Of a DNA stretch of 64,000 nucleotides, positions 39,703 through 48,985 are shown one piece after another; within the stretch, counting starts at the first letter, position 1; every line of letters begins with the position of its first letter. The DNA comes from an uncultured Spirochaetota bacterium. Its GTDB lineage: Bacteria; Spirochaetota; Brevinematia; Brevinematales; JAOACQ01. The notes beneath the pieces are model-generated. The model did not search any database, had not been told where the DNA came from, and was given only the letters and a program-made list of their open reading frames with translations. The stretch is taken from contig CAWIGG010000002.1 in NCBI GenBank assembly GCA_963835575.1, positions 800,001 to 864,000 of the forward strand, written 5' to 3'. A program made the position numbers and the translations under genes.

Positions 39703-39949
39703 AGCGCCCTCTTTATTATAATTATATCCTGAAACGATTGATTAGTCAAAAGGATAATTATCTTATTTATACCCGGTTTTTATGGGTCATCCGTTTCCTG
39801 CATACCAGTTGAAGGGTCAGGGTAAACTCCTAATACGGAATCTTACGGATTATCGCGGAATTATTTTGTATAAAATCAAATACATAATCCTTTGTTACTT
39901 CAGCGGGGCCGGAAGTTTTACTGAAAAATGTGATAAATTCTAAAAGGTT

Positions 39950-40178
39950 GTCATTGCGAGCGGATTACTTGCTCCTTCGCCGCTGATTATAGTGTGAAGC
40001 AATGGTTCGTTCCTCACCATTTTGCAACTCTATTGGTACGGCTTAACAAAATGGTGAGGGATCACCACGGCGTCTGTCTGAACATTAAGCAGTCTCTATA
40101 TGCCGACAGCCCCCGATCTAATCGAGGGTTCGGGTGAAGGCTTTCGGCAAAGCAGATGTCTGTCTCCCCACAATTGAC
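39950..40178. repeat. GTCATTGCGAG palindromic element, copy 2, with nested hairpin insertion
   Basis: Aligns with 38757-38900 but carries an extra CCTCACCATTTTG/CAAAATGGTGAGG hairpin at 40012-40059. Confidence 0.8.
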
Positions 40179-40915
40179 GGTTCTTTTCACCGAAATTCGC
40201 TTTTTTCAGAAAAACCACGAAGCAAACAAATCATAAGTGTTTAATTTATCAAAACCCTATTTCCCCTTTTATATATATAGTTATCTCAAAAATCTGAAAA
40301 TGTTTTTGATATTTTTGGAACTTGGGTATTATAATATAAATAGAAATTCAAAGGAAAAAGATGAAATTTAACTTTGGTTTGTCAAGTGGATAGTTCCGTT
40401 TGAAATTATCAAAATCAGGATAAACAAATGCGATTGATTATTATTTTAATTTCGATTTTTTTTATTGGTAGAATATGGGGACTTCAAAATGACACAAATA
40501 ACAACTTTATATCAAATAATACTGTCATAAACATAAATGATGAAACAAATTATCATTGGTATATAAAGTCTCCTACGCCTTTAGATTTAATAACATGGTT
40601 CGTACCTATTAATGGTGTCCTTGAGCCTATATATGAAGATGATTTTGAATATCGGTTAGATCTCAAAAATGCTATTGCTGGTGATTTAGCCATTTATAAG
40701 ATTGCTGGCGCATTTTCAGATTTATTGCTTACGAATCCCTATCCTGGCTATGAATGGGTGTATGAAATCAGTATTGGCTATCAAAGATATATTTGGGAAG
40801 GTCTTTATATTAATCTAAAGTTAAGCCCTGGATATATATCGTATTATAATAACAACAATAATTATCTTGCAAATGGTTTCCAATTATTTCTAATAAGTCA
40901 GATTGGCTATTGCTT

Positions 40916-42311
40916 GAGTTATAATAGAAAGTTGTGTATAGGAATAAATATTATAAAAAAGATGGCGTACCCTCTATAATTTATTTACGACAATAAACAA
41001 AAGGAGGAATACGCCATATGCCGAAGCACAACGAAGATTTTAAGCTCTTACAGGCTTTTAATCAAGATGAAACAGTAGAATTTTTATGTCTTGAAGAATT
41101 GGCAAGGATCGGGGCCAGGGAAATAATCAAGAAGGCTCTGGAAGATGAAATTAATGGGTTTCTTCAGGAGAGAGAGCATTTAACTATCGAAGACGGGAGA
41201 AAGGCAATAGTAAGAAATGGGTATCATAAAGCCCGTCAGATTCTCATTGGTGGAGGGGCTATTGATGTATGTATTCCGAGAACAAGGAACCGACTCGGAG
41301 GCGACAATTTTCAAAGCCTAATAGTACCGCCGTATATGAGAAAAAGCCTGAGAATTGAGGAAGCCATTCCATTGTTGTATCTCTATGGAGTCTCAGAGAT
41401 GGATATGGAGAATGCCTTGAGAGGATTGCTTGGTGAAGAAGCGAAAGGATTATCAGCCTCAAGTATAAGCAGAATGAAACAAGGATGGGGTAAAGAATAT
41501 GATGAGTGGCGGACATCCGATTTAAGCGATAAAAAGTATTGCTATATATGGGTTGACGGCATTTACTTCAATGTACAGGGCAGCGAAGACCGTTTATGCA
41601 CTCTTGTAATGATCGGAGCCAATGAGAATGGTGAAAAGGAGATTATTCTTGTTGAAGAAGGTTACAGAGAGAATTCCGAGACTTGGTTAGGGATATTAAG
41701 AAACCTAAAAGAAAAAGGTTTGAAAGGTCCTATTCTTTTTATCGGAGACGGAAGCCTTGGATTCTGGAAAGCAGCCAAAGAAGTATATCCTGAATCCAGA
41801 TGGCAGAGATGCTGGGTTCATAAGATAAAGAACATTCTAAACAAGCTGCCCAAAGTATTACAGTCAAAGGCAAAAGAGATGCTTCATGAGATATGCAATG
41901 CTCCTGATAAGGATAATGCTATCAAAGCTTTTGAATTATTCCAGGCGGTTTTTAATCCTAAATATCCAGCAGCTGTCGAATGTTTAGAAAAAGATTGGGA
42001 GCTTATGATCGAATTTTATAACTGTCCGGCGGAACATTGGGTACATATCCGTACGACAAACGTAATAGAATCTACCTTCTCTACAGTTCGATTAAGAACT
42101 AAAAAGATGAGAGGCTGCGGAACCAGGGAAACGATTCTAATAATGGTCTATAAATTACTGGATAAGGCATCCAGGCGATGGAGAAAATTAAGAGGTTATG
42201 AAAAGATTTGCCTTGTATTGGAAGGCGCTGTTTTTGAGAACGGAGAGCTTGTAAAAAAGGCAGCATAAAAAAATGAGAGGGTATGTCATACACAACATTT
42301 GACAAAAACTC
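40916..42311 (+). mobile_element. IS256-family insertion sequence, 1396 bp
   Basis: 24-bp imperfect TIRs (18/24): GAGTTATAATAGAAAGTTGTGTAT / ATACACAACATTTGACAAAAACTC; 8-bp TSD TATTGCTT at 40908-40915 and 42312-42319. Confidence 0.93.
41018..42268 (+). CDS. IS256 family transposase
   Basis: RNGY, YIWVDGIY, IGDGSLGFW, QRCWVHK, HIRTTNVIES. Confidence 0.96.
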   Translation: MPKHNEDFKLLQAFNQDETVEFLCLEELARIGAREIIKKALEDEINGFLQEREHLTIEDGRKAIVRNGYHKARQILIGGGAIDVCIPRTRNRLGGDNFQSLIVPPYMRKSLRIEEAIPLLYLYGVSEMDMENALRGLLGEEAKGLSASSISRMKQGWGKEYDEWRTSDLSDKKYCYIWVDGIYFNVQGSEDRLCTLVMIGANENGEKEIILVEEGYRENSETWLGILRNLKEKGLKGPILFIGDGSLGFWKAAKEVYPESRWQRCWVHKIKNILNKLPKVLQSKAKEMLHEICNAPDKDNAIKAFELFQAVFNPKYPAAVECLEKDWELMIEFYNCPAEHWVHIRTTNVIESTFSTVRLRTKKMRGCGTRETILIMVYKLLDKASRRWRKLRGYEKICLVLEGAVFENGELVKKAA

Positions 42312-42809
42312 TATTGCTTTGACTTTAAGGTTAATAATATACCCTTATTTTTAAAGTTGTTTTTTGAAGTCGATTATTTGGCCTATTATTTTGACAGTAA
42401 TGCTCCAAAGAAATTTCAGGAAATAGACAAGAATGCAAACCCTTTCGAGATTCCAAATTTAGCTTTATATGATATTCCAATACCAGCAATAAGTTTAGGA
42501 TTTAGATTTTAATATATTCGGGTAATTTAATAACCTCTTTTATTTCATTAAAATCCTTGAATATGGTCAATGCCCGTGTTATAATAATAAATAATCTGCC
42601 GTTTATTAAAACTGTGTTTAATCTTTAGAGCGAAAAAGAATAAAATGAAAAAATAAGACCGTTTTCCTTTAATGGGAAACGACGCGGGCCGGAAGGCCGG
42701 AGATGAAAAATAACCCCCCTTATTATTATAGGGTGTCATTTATTAGAAGATATGGAAGAATGGGGATTATCTTCAGTTTGAAGACATTCTCTTCCAAGGG
42801 GAGAAAGAT

Positions 42810-44615
42810 ATGATAAGAAGATATTTTATTTTCATCGCTCTGGCGTCTCTGGTTTCCTGCAGCGGCTATTTTCTCAACAACAACAACCATTCAATAGAAT
42901 CCCAGACGGAAAAGTTAAGTCTGGCCATGGCCGATGGCAGCGGCTACCTCAGCACCGATCAGTATAATGAAATCACGCCTTTTGTTTTCCGGGATCAAAA
43001 CAGCGGAAAAACCTATCTTTTTTACGCTTCCGATAAAGACGGAAGCTATGATATTTATTACGCCGAAATGAATTCAGAGGGAAAGTTTTTCGCGCCGGTA
43101 AAAATGGGTCCGTCTATTAACACATCGGTTTCCAATGAATTTTCTCCGGTTGTTTTTCAAAGTTCGGCTTCAGGTTCATTAAAAACATATATTTCTTTCA
43201 TTATGGAAAGCAATAAAATATCATCAATAATAACATATACCCTTGATAATAATCTGAATTTTTCAGGCTCAACATCGGCTGTCCCTTCAGGCCCATATAA
43301 TCCAACTCATATCAGCCTTTTTAAAGACAGCCAGGGAAAAATCTATCTGATCACAGCAGATGGATTGGCTAATTATTACCGTTTTATTTTTAATGATAGT
43401 TCAGGGGTAGTATGGAATCTGGATTATGGATCTGATACAGCAATGAGTGCCAATTCGATCAGCGGATATATGATAAAGGGTGCAGTATTTACAAACAATA
43501 TTATGGTTTATGATACAGTGACAAATGGAAAACATCAGCTCAGAGGCGAGGCTTTTATGCAGGCAGGCTATAAATTGTTTGTTCCTTTTGAAATATCGGC
43601 CTATTCTTCATCAGCCAATGACGCTTATCCATTTGTGGACGCGGAAGGCGGCTATAAAGTTTATTTCGCTTCGGACAGGTACGGAAAGGGGAATTACGAT
43701 CTTTACCGGTATAATACAAAAACATTTGAGGCACAGGTCCCTTCCGTTTTAACGAAAGCGTTAAATACAGTTTATGTATCCCCCTCCGGCAGCGACTACA
43801 ATTCCGGTTATATCCCTGAATCACCATTAAGAACAATACAGAACGCTGTCAATGATGCTTATTATAACGGCATACATAATGTCTTTCTGGCAGAAGGTTC
43901 TTATACCCCGGGCAGTGGTTTGAATCCATCCGCGCCCGGATTGCAGATCAATAATTTTACAAATATTAATATCGTCGGCGGATATAATAGTAGTTTCACC
44001 GTTATTTATGGGAAAAGCAGTCTTAACGTGCAGGGTAACGACATGGCAACTATAGTATACATATCATATTCTACGAATATATCTATCAATAATTTAATTA
44101 TTGAAAACGCGACAAATGGGAGAGGAATCTATATTATAAATTCATCCGGGATCAATGTTATTAATAATACGGTCAAGGGTAATGGCTATGCTGAAACAGA
44201 CGGCGGAGGCTTATATATTTTTTATTCGTCATATGTCAATTTAACAGGATGCGATATTTTATTGAATTCCGGTTATTACGGCGGAGGAATGAAATTTGAA
44301 AATAGCGATAATAATAATGTTATAAATTGTAATATCTTAAACAATAATTCATATTATGGGGGGGGATTATATTACTTAAATAGCGTTAGTAATAATATTT
44401 CTAACTGTATGATAAATACCAATACGGCGCTCAATGACGGCGGCGGTCTTTACATAAATAATGACATCAATGATATATTTTCATCCTGCAATGTTTTGTT
44501 TAATACCGCTGCCGGAGGCGGAGGCGGTCTGTTTATAATTAATAACTCTTTAACTACAAACAGTTGCATCATCAAATTTAATATTCCTGATAATGTGTCA
44601 AACAGTAGTACTTGA
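42810..44615 (+). CDS. Lipoprotein: PD40/TolB-like N-terminal region, DUF1565-like segment and right-handed beta-helix (paralog A)
   Basis: LVSC lipobox; YFASDRYGKGNYDLY; YVSPSGSD...P.RTIQ.A; N...GGG.Y repeats. Confidence 0.8.
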   Translation: MIRRYFIFIALASLVSCSGYFLNNNNHSIESQTEKLSLAMADGSGYLSTDQYNEITPFVFRDQNSGKTYLFYASDKDGSYDIYYAEMNSEGKFFAPVKMGPSINTSVSNEFSPVVFQSSASGSLKTYISFIMESNKISSIITYTLDNNLNFSGSTSAVPSGPYNPTHISLFKDSQGKIYLITADGLANYYRFIFNDSSGVVWNLDYGSDTAMSANSISGYMIKGAVFTNNIMVYDTVTNGKHQLRGEAFMQAGYKLFVPFEISAYSSSANDAYPFVDAEGGYKVYFASDRYGKGNYDLYRYNTKTFEAQVPSVLTKALNTVYVSPSGSDYNSGYIPESPLRTIQNAVNDAYYNGIHNVFLAEGSYTPGSGLNPSAPGLQINNFTNINIVGGYNSSFTVIYGKSSLNVQGNDMATIVYISYSTNISINNLIIENATNGRGIYIINSSGINVINNTVKGNGYAETDGGGLYIFYSSYVNLTGCDILLNSGYYGGGMKFENSDNNNVINCNILNNNSYYGGGLYYLNSVSNNISNCMINTNTALNDGGGLYINNDINDIFSSCNVLFNTAAGGGGGLFIINNSLTTNSCIIKFNIPDNVSNSST

Positions 44616-44641
44616 TTAATTTTTGTTGAGAAGGGAGATTT

Positions 44642-46591
44642 ATGAAAAAAGTATTTATATTTTTTATAAGCGCTGTTATATTCACCTCCTGCAGCGGCTA
44701 TTTTCCGAATAGCAATAACGGCGCCCAGAACCGGGAATCCGGCGATATGCACCTCGCGCTGGCCGACGGCAGCGGCTACCTCAGCACCGATCAGTATAAT
44801 GAAATCACGCCTTTTGTTTTCCGGGATAAAGCTAACAATAAAACCTACCTGTTTTACGCTTCCGATAAAGACGGAAGTTATGATATCTACTACGCTGAAA
44901 TGAATTCCGAAGGGAAGTTTTATACGCCTGTAAAATTCGGCAGTCCGGTTAATACTTCCTCTAATGAGATTTCGCCGGTAATAATTCAGACGAATGGCAC
45001 CAATTATCTCACTTACATACAGTATAATTCAAGCGGAACAAATGTAACCGGTTATAAACTGGACCTGAATTTTCAGACAAATTCTTCAATTTCAATCGGT
45101 ACGCCGCCTTCAATGCCCCTTAACTTAAGTTCCTATCCGGGCAGTGATGGAAATTATCATCTTTTAATAGTAAACGGTAGCGGCACCATCTATAAATATT
45201 ATTTATTTTTGGGTGTCGGCGCATATACATGGATTCAGGAAAACACAACTAATTTATCCACTCAACATTACTCTCTTTGCGGGTATGAAACGGCCGCCGG
45301 GCCTTTTACTAATATTTACGCGCTTTATGACACAATGACCGGCGGAAGGCACCAGATCAACGGGGAAGTGTTTATTCAGGGCAGCGGAACATACCTGGTG
45401 CCTTTTGATATATCGTCTTATTCATCATCCTCGGATGATGCCTATCCTTTTATAGACACAGGAGACGGTTATAAAGTGTACTTTGCTTCTAAAAGGTACG
45501 GTAAAGGGAATTACGACCTCTACCGCTTCAATACAAAAACTTTTGATGCGCAGATACCGGCATACCTTAAAAATTTTAATGCGGTTTATGTTTCGCCGGC
45601 TGGAAATGACGCAAATGCCGGTATTGTTCCTGCGTCTCCTCTTAAATCTCTATTAAATGCCATATCCTCAGCCGATATATGGGGAATTCATAATATCTTT
45701 GTCGCCGCGGGAGTTTATACGCCGGCTACAGGATTGAACACCATGTTTTTTACAAGTAAATCGAATGTCAATATGATTGGCGGTTATAATAACAACTTTA
45801 CTTCAATAGTCGGCAGAACCGAACTTGATATGCAGGGTACCACGTCCCCGTTCCTTGTAATGAATTCGTCCTTAAACATGACAATAAATAATTTTGTTTT
45901 CAGGAATTTTCTATTTGCAGGAGGCGGAGCAATTGAAATTGACGGTTGTACAGGCATTGTTTTTATCAACGATATAGTTACAAACAACGGGACAAACATG
46001 GGCAATGGCGGCGGTTTTTATATTTATGGCTCATCCTATATCAGCATTAACGGCTGTACGATTGCCAACAACCTGGCCTCTTACGGCGGAGGGATTTATC
46101 TGGCCTACAGCAGTTATAATGTAATAGCAAATAGCACAATTATGAATAATTATGTTGATACGAATAATTATGGTTATGGCGGCGGCATCTATTATCAGAA
46201 TTGCGATTATAATAATATTATAAATTGTAATATATCCGGCAATATTTCATATAGCGGGGGTGGATTATATTACGTTAACTGCGTGAGTAATACTATTTCC
46301 GGATGCACGATAAATACCAATTCGGCTGTCTATAACGGCGGCGGCGTTTATCTTGGAAATAACTCAAATACTTCCATATTAGGATGCACAATAAACACAA
46401 ATACGGCCAATAATGAAGGCGGCGGCTTATGGATTTACCAGGAAAATTTTGAGAATTTATTAAACTGTGATATCTTTTATAATGCGGCTTCAGCCGGCGG
46501 TGGAATAATGTTCCTCAATACCTCGGTTGTAACGAATAACTGCATTATCAAGTTAAATACTCCGGATAATGTATCAAACTATTTTAATTGA
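44642..46591 (+). CDS. Lipoprotein, paralog B of 42810..44615
   Basis: FTSC lipobox; shared LADGSGYLSTDQYNEITPFVFRD; YVSPAGND; GGG-repeat beta-helix. Confidence 0.8.
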   Translation: MKKVFIFFISAVIFTSCSGYFPNSNNGAQNRESGDMHLALADGSGYLSTDQYNEITPFVFRDKANNKTYLFYASDKDGSYDIYYAEMNSEGKFYTPVKFGSPVNTSSNEISPVIIQTNGTNYLTYIQYNSSGTNVTGYKLDLNFQTNSSISIGTPPSMPLNLSSYPGSDGNYHLLIVNGSGTIYKYYLFLGVGAYTWIQENTTNLSTQHYSLCGYETAAGPFTNIYALYDTMTGGRHQINGEVFIQGSGTYLVPFDISSYSSSSDDAYPFIDTGDGYKVYFASKRYGKGNYDLYRFNTKTFDAQIPAYLKNFNAVYVSPAGNDANAGIVPASPLKSLLNAISSADIWGIHNIFVAAGVYTPATGLNTMFFTSKSNVNMIGGYNNNFTSIVGRTELDMQGTTSPFLVMNSSLNMTINNFVFRNFLFAGGGAIEIDGCTGIVFINDIVTNNGTNMGNGGGFYIYGSSYISINGCTIANNLASYGGGIYLAYSSYNVIANSTIMNNYVDTNNYGYGGGIYYQNCDYNNIINCNISGNISYSGGGLYYVNCVSNTISGCTINTNSAVYNGGGVYLGNNSNTSILGCTINTNTANNEGGGLWIYQENFENLLNCDIFYNAASAGGGIMFLNTSVVTNNCIIKLNTPDNVSNYFN

Positions 46592-46630
46592 TAAATATTT
46601 TAAAGTTTTTTAAACAGAGGAGGTCTTATA

Positions 46631-47053
46631 ATGAAGAAAATCTTGATGATATGTTTTGTGTGTCTTGTCTTATCGGGAATAAAAGCCTACTCTATATCCA
46701 ATGACGATATCCGCGCCCTTATGGATAAAAAGAACGCCACGGTTATTGACGCGCTTTATATGGTCTATTCCATAGATAAACCGGATGCCGTCATAAGCGA
46801 CCTGGCTTCCATAAATAATCCGAGGATCAGCGCCCTGAAAAAGGACGCGAACCTGGACGCAGGGGCTTTCGCCATCATTGCCATCGAGATGAAAAAGGCG
46901 AGAGGAAGTATTTTGTATTCCCTGACGGGCTTTTCGAAATACGCGGCTGAATGCCTGGTTTTCGATAAAATATATCCCGAATACTATTCCTGGAACAGGG
47001 AATTGAGCGGACAGGAACTGATAGAGTTTACGGCCCTTTTAAAGTCAAAGTAA
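46631..47053 (+). CDS. Secreted hypothetical protein
   Basis: Signal peptide, GAGGAGG RBS, operonic position. Confidence 0.65.
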   Translation: MKKILMICFVCLVLSGIKAYSISNDDIRALMDKKNATVIDALYMVYSIDKPDAVISDLASINNPRISALKKDANLDAGAFAIIAIEMKKARGSILYSLTGFSKYAAECLVFDKIYPEYYSWNRELSGQELIEFTALLKSK

Positions 47054-47132
47054 TATAGAGAAAAATGGTCTGGTTATATAAAAGAAGTTAAATTGCCGCA
47101 ATCCGGCTGACGGGTTGCTGAGGAGGTTTTTT

Positions 47133-47807
47133 ATGAAGAAAGTTATAGCGGTCGCAGTTTTAATTTTCGCTTTCCAGATTTTATTCGCCGGGGTTGTCAA
47201 GGACATGACGGGAAGCGTTGATGTTCTCATAAATGGGAAATGGCAGAAAGCAGCTTTGAACATGGAGATCAAGGACGGGACGAAGATCATGACAGGTCTG
47301 AATTCCACTGTTAAAGTGGAAACAGCCGGCGGTTTTTTTACCGTGAATGAATTATCGATGGTTACTTATCAGGAAATACTGTCCGACAAGTTTCACGCAC
47401 AGAAACTGGCTTTGAATATGGGCAAGGTCAAGGTCAGGTTCTCAAAGATACAGGGAACCCAATCCAGTTTCAAAGTCCAGACCCCAAAGGGAACCGCGTC
47501 GGTGCTGGGTTCAGAAGAAGATGTCAGTTTTTATTCGTCTTCAGGCATGAATGTGGATATAATTGACGGCACCATTGATGTCGGGGATAATAACGGCAAT
47601 TCCTTTACCGGCCATCAGGGAGACCACGGCGGTGTTTCGGGGGACAATGGAATCAACGGAAACACAGATCATGTTTCCGGAGGTTTGAACCAGTTTGATT
47701 CGTTCGGTGATGATGATACTCGGAATAATACAATTGATAACGGCCTTAAAGGTTTTTTAAACAATTTATTCAATCAGAACAGCCTGCCTGAACCGGAAAG
47801 GCTGTAA
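47133..47807 (+). CDS. FecR-domain periplasmic protein
   Basis: Signal peptide; I.TG.NS, L.MGKV, FKVQTPKGTASVLGS (FecR TP...VRGT-like). Confidence 0.8.
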   Translation: MKKVIAVAVLIFAFQILFAGVVKDMTGSVDVLINGKWQKAALNMEIKDGTKIMTGLNSTVKVETAGGFFTVNELSMVTYQEILSDKFHAQKLALNMGKVKVRFSKIQGTQSSFKVQTPKGTASVLGSEEDVSFYSSSGMNVDIIDGTIDVGDNNGNSFTGHQGDHGGVSGDNGINGNTDHVSGGLNQFDSFGDDDTRNNTIDNGLKGFLNNLFNQNSLPEPERL

Positions 47808-47822
47808 TAACAGGGGGAACAG

Positions 47823-48974
47823 ATGAAAAAATTATTCTGTATCATTTTATTGATTATTACGGTAAAGCTGGGTTACTCTTTCAATTATAATTTCAGCATT
47901 GAAGATCTGCCGATGATGGTTATGGGGACGGATACGACTAACGCCGCCTTTTACAGCTTTTATAATATCGCGAATGTCGGCTTGTCCCTTAATTTTGATG
48001 ATTACTCCAGCGTTAAATTCAGGCTCAAAGACACCTATTTTGACCTGCTGAGGACCAATGATCTGTACATCGACCGGCTCAGTTTTGATTATAAAGGAGA
48101 AGCCTTCGGCGTTTTGGCCGGCAGGGATTATTTCGTGGAAGATGACGCCCTGCTCATCGGGAACCTGGCTGACGGTTTAAAATTAAATCTTAATTTTCTG
48201 GGTCTGAAGGAAAGGGTTTATGTTTATTATTCCGGCCTGCTTCCCCAGGAGATCAACCAATTCGATATCAGTACCGCAGACCTTACCCTTTCGAATGGGC
48301 CGAACAGGATTTTCGCCGGCCTGGCACTGGAAAAAATGGGCTTATTAGTGGAATCTCTGGGAGCTGTTATCCTTTATTCGAAAGATCTATCGACAAATAA
48401 TATTTACAATCCGATTTATCTTGGATTGAATGGAAAGGGAACAATCGTTAAGGGCCTTATTTTTCAAGCCGCTTTTATCAGCGAATTGGGAAGTCTTGAT
48501 GCTTCAAATTCCATCGTGGCTTTCGGCGGAAATGCCGGACTGACCTATCTGTCCGAAGGCGATGTGAAATGGGGATTGATCGGCAAGCTGTCATTGGCGA
48601 CAGGCGATAGTCCGGGCGGCAATTATGAGCAGTTTGATACTTTCGGTAATTATAATACAGGGTCGGTCATAGGCCCGAAATTAGCCAATTTATTTATGGT
48701 CCAGGCTGGTTTTCTGGTAAAAGCGCTGAGCGATACTCTGACTTTCGGCGCCAATTATTATTACCTGATGAGAATGACCACAAACGATTCTGTCAACGGC
48801 TTTTATGACGGGAAAGGAACCGGAGTAGGCAATGAAATTTCCGGAAGTATTATTTACGATATAGACCCGAACTTTTCGGTATTCCTGACAGGCGGTTATT
48901 TTCTTAAAGGCGACGCGTTTACAGACACGACAAATAAATACAAATTCATCGCCGGTGTAAGGGTGAAAATTTAG
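47823..48974 (+). CDS. Putative outer-membrane beta-barrel (alginate-export-like)
   Basis: Signal peptide; ATGD, GNEI, GYF..GDAF; alternating beta-strand pattern. Confidence 0.65.
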   Translation: MKKLFCIILLIITVKLGYSFNYNFSIEDLPMMVMGTDTTNAAFYSFYNIANVGLSLNFDDYSSVKFRLKDTYFDLLRTNDLYIDRLSFDYKGEAFGVLAGRDYFVEDDALLIGNLADGLKLNLNFLGLKERVYVYYSGLLPQEINQFDISTADLTLSNGPNRIFAGLALEKMGLLVESLGAVILYSKDLSTNNIYNPIYLGLNGKGTIVKGLIFQAAFISELGSLDASNSIVAFGGNAGLTYLSEGDVKWGLIGKLSLATGDSPGGNYEQFDTFGNYNTGSVIGPKLANLFMVQAGFLVKALSDTLTFGANYYYLMRMTTNDSVNGFYDGKGTGVGNEISGSIIYDIDPNFSVFLTGGYFLKGDAFTDTTNKYKFIAGVRVKI

Positions 48975-48985
48975 GGAGACAGACA

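Larger units (their letters stand above)
40428..42512 (+). pseudogene. Outer-membrane protein gene (~226 aa) interrupted by IS256
   Basis: Joining 40428-40915 to 42320-42512 restores an ORF with a signal peptide and C-terminal ...AISLGFRF (beta-signal-like). Confidence 0.85.

Noticed and set aside
42655..42740. Possible riboswitch upstream of the lipoprotein operon
   Set aside because: Short hairpins only; I could not match a known aptamer consensus.
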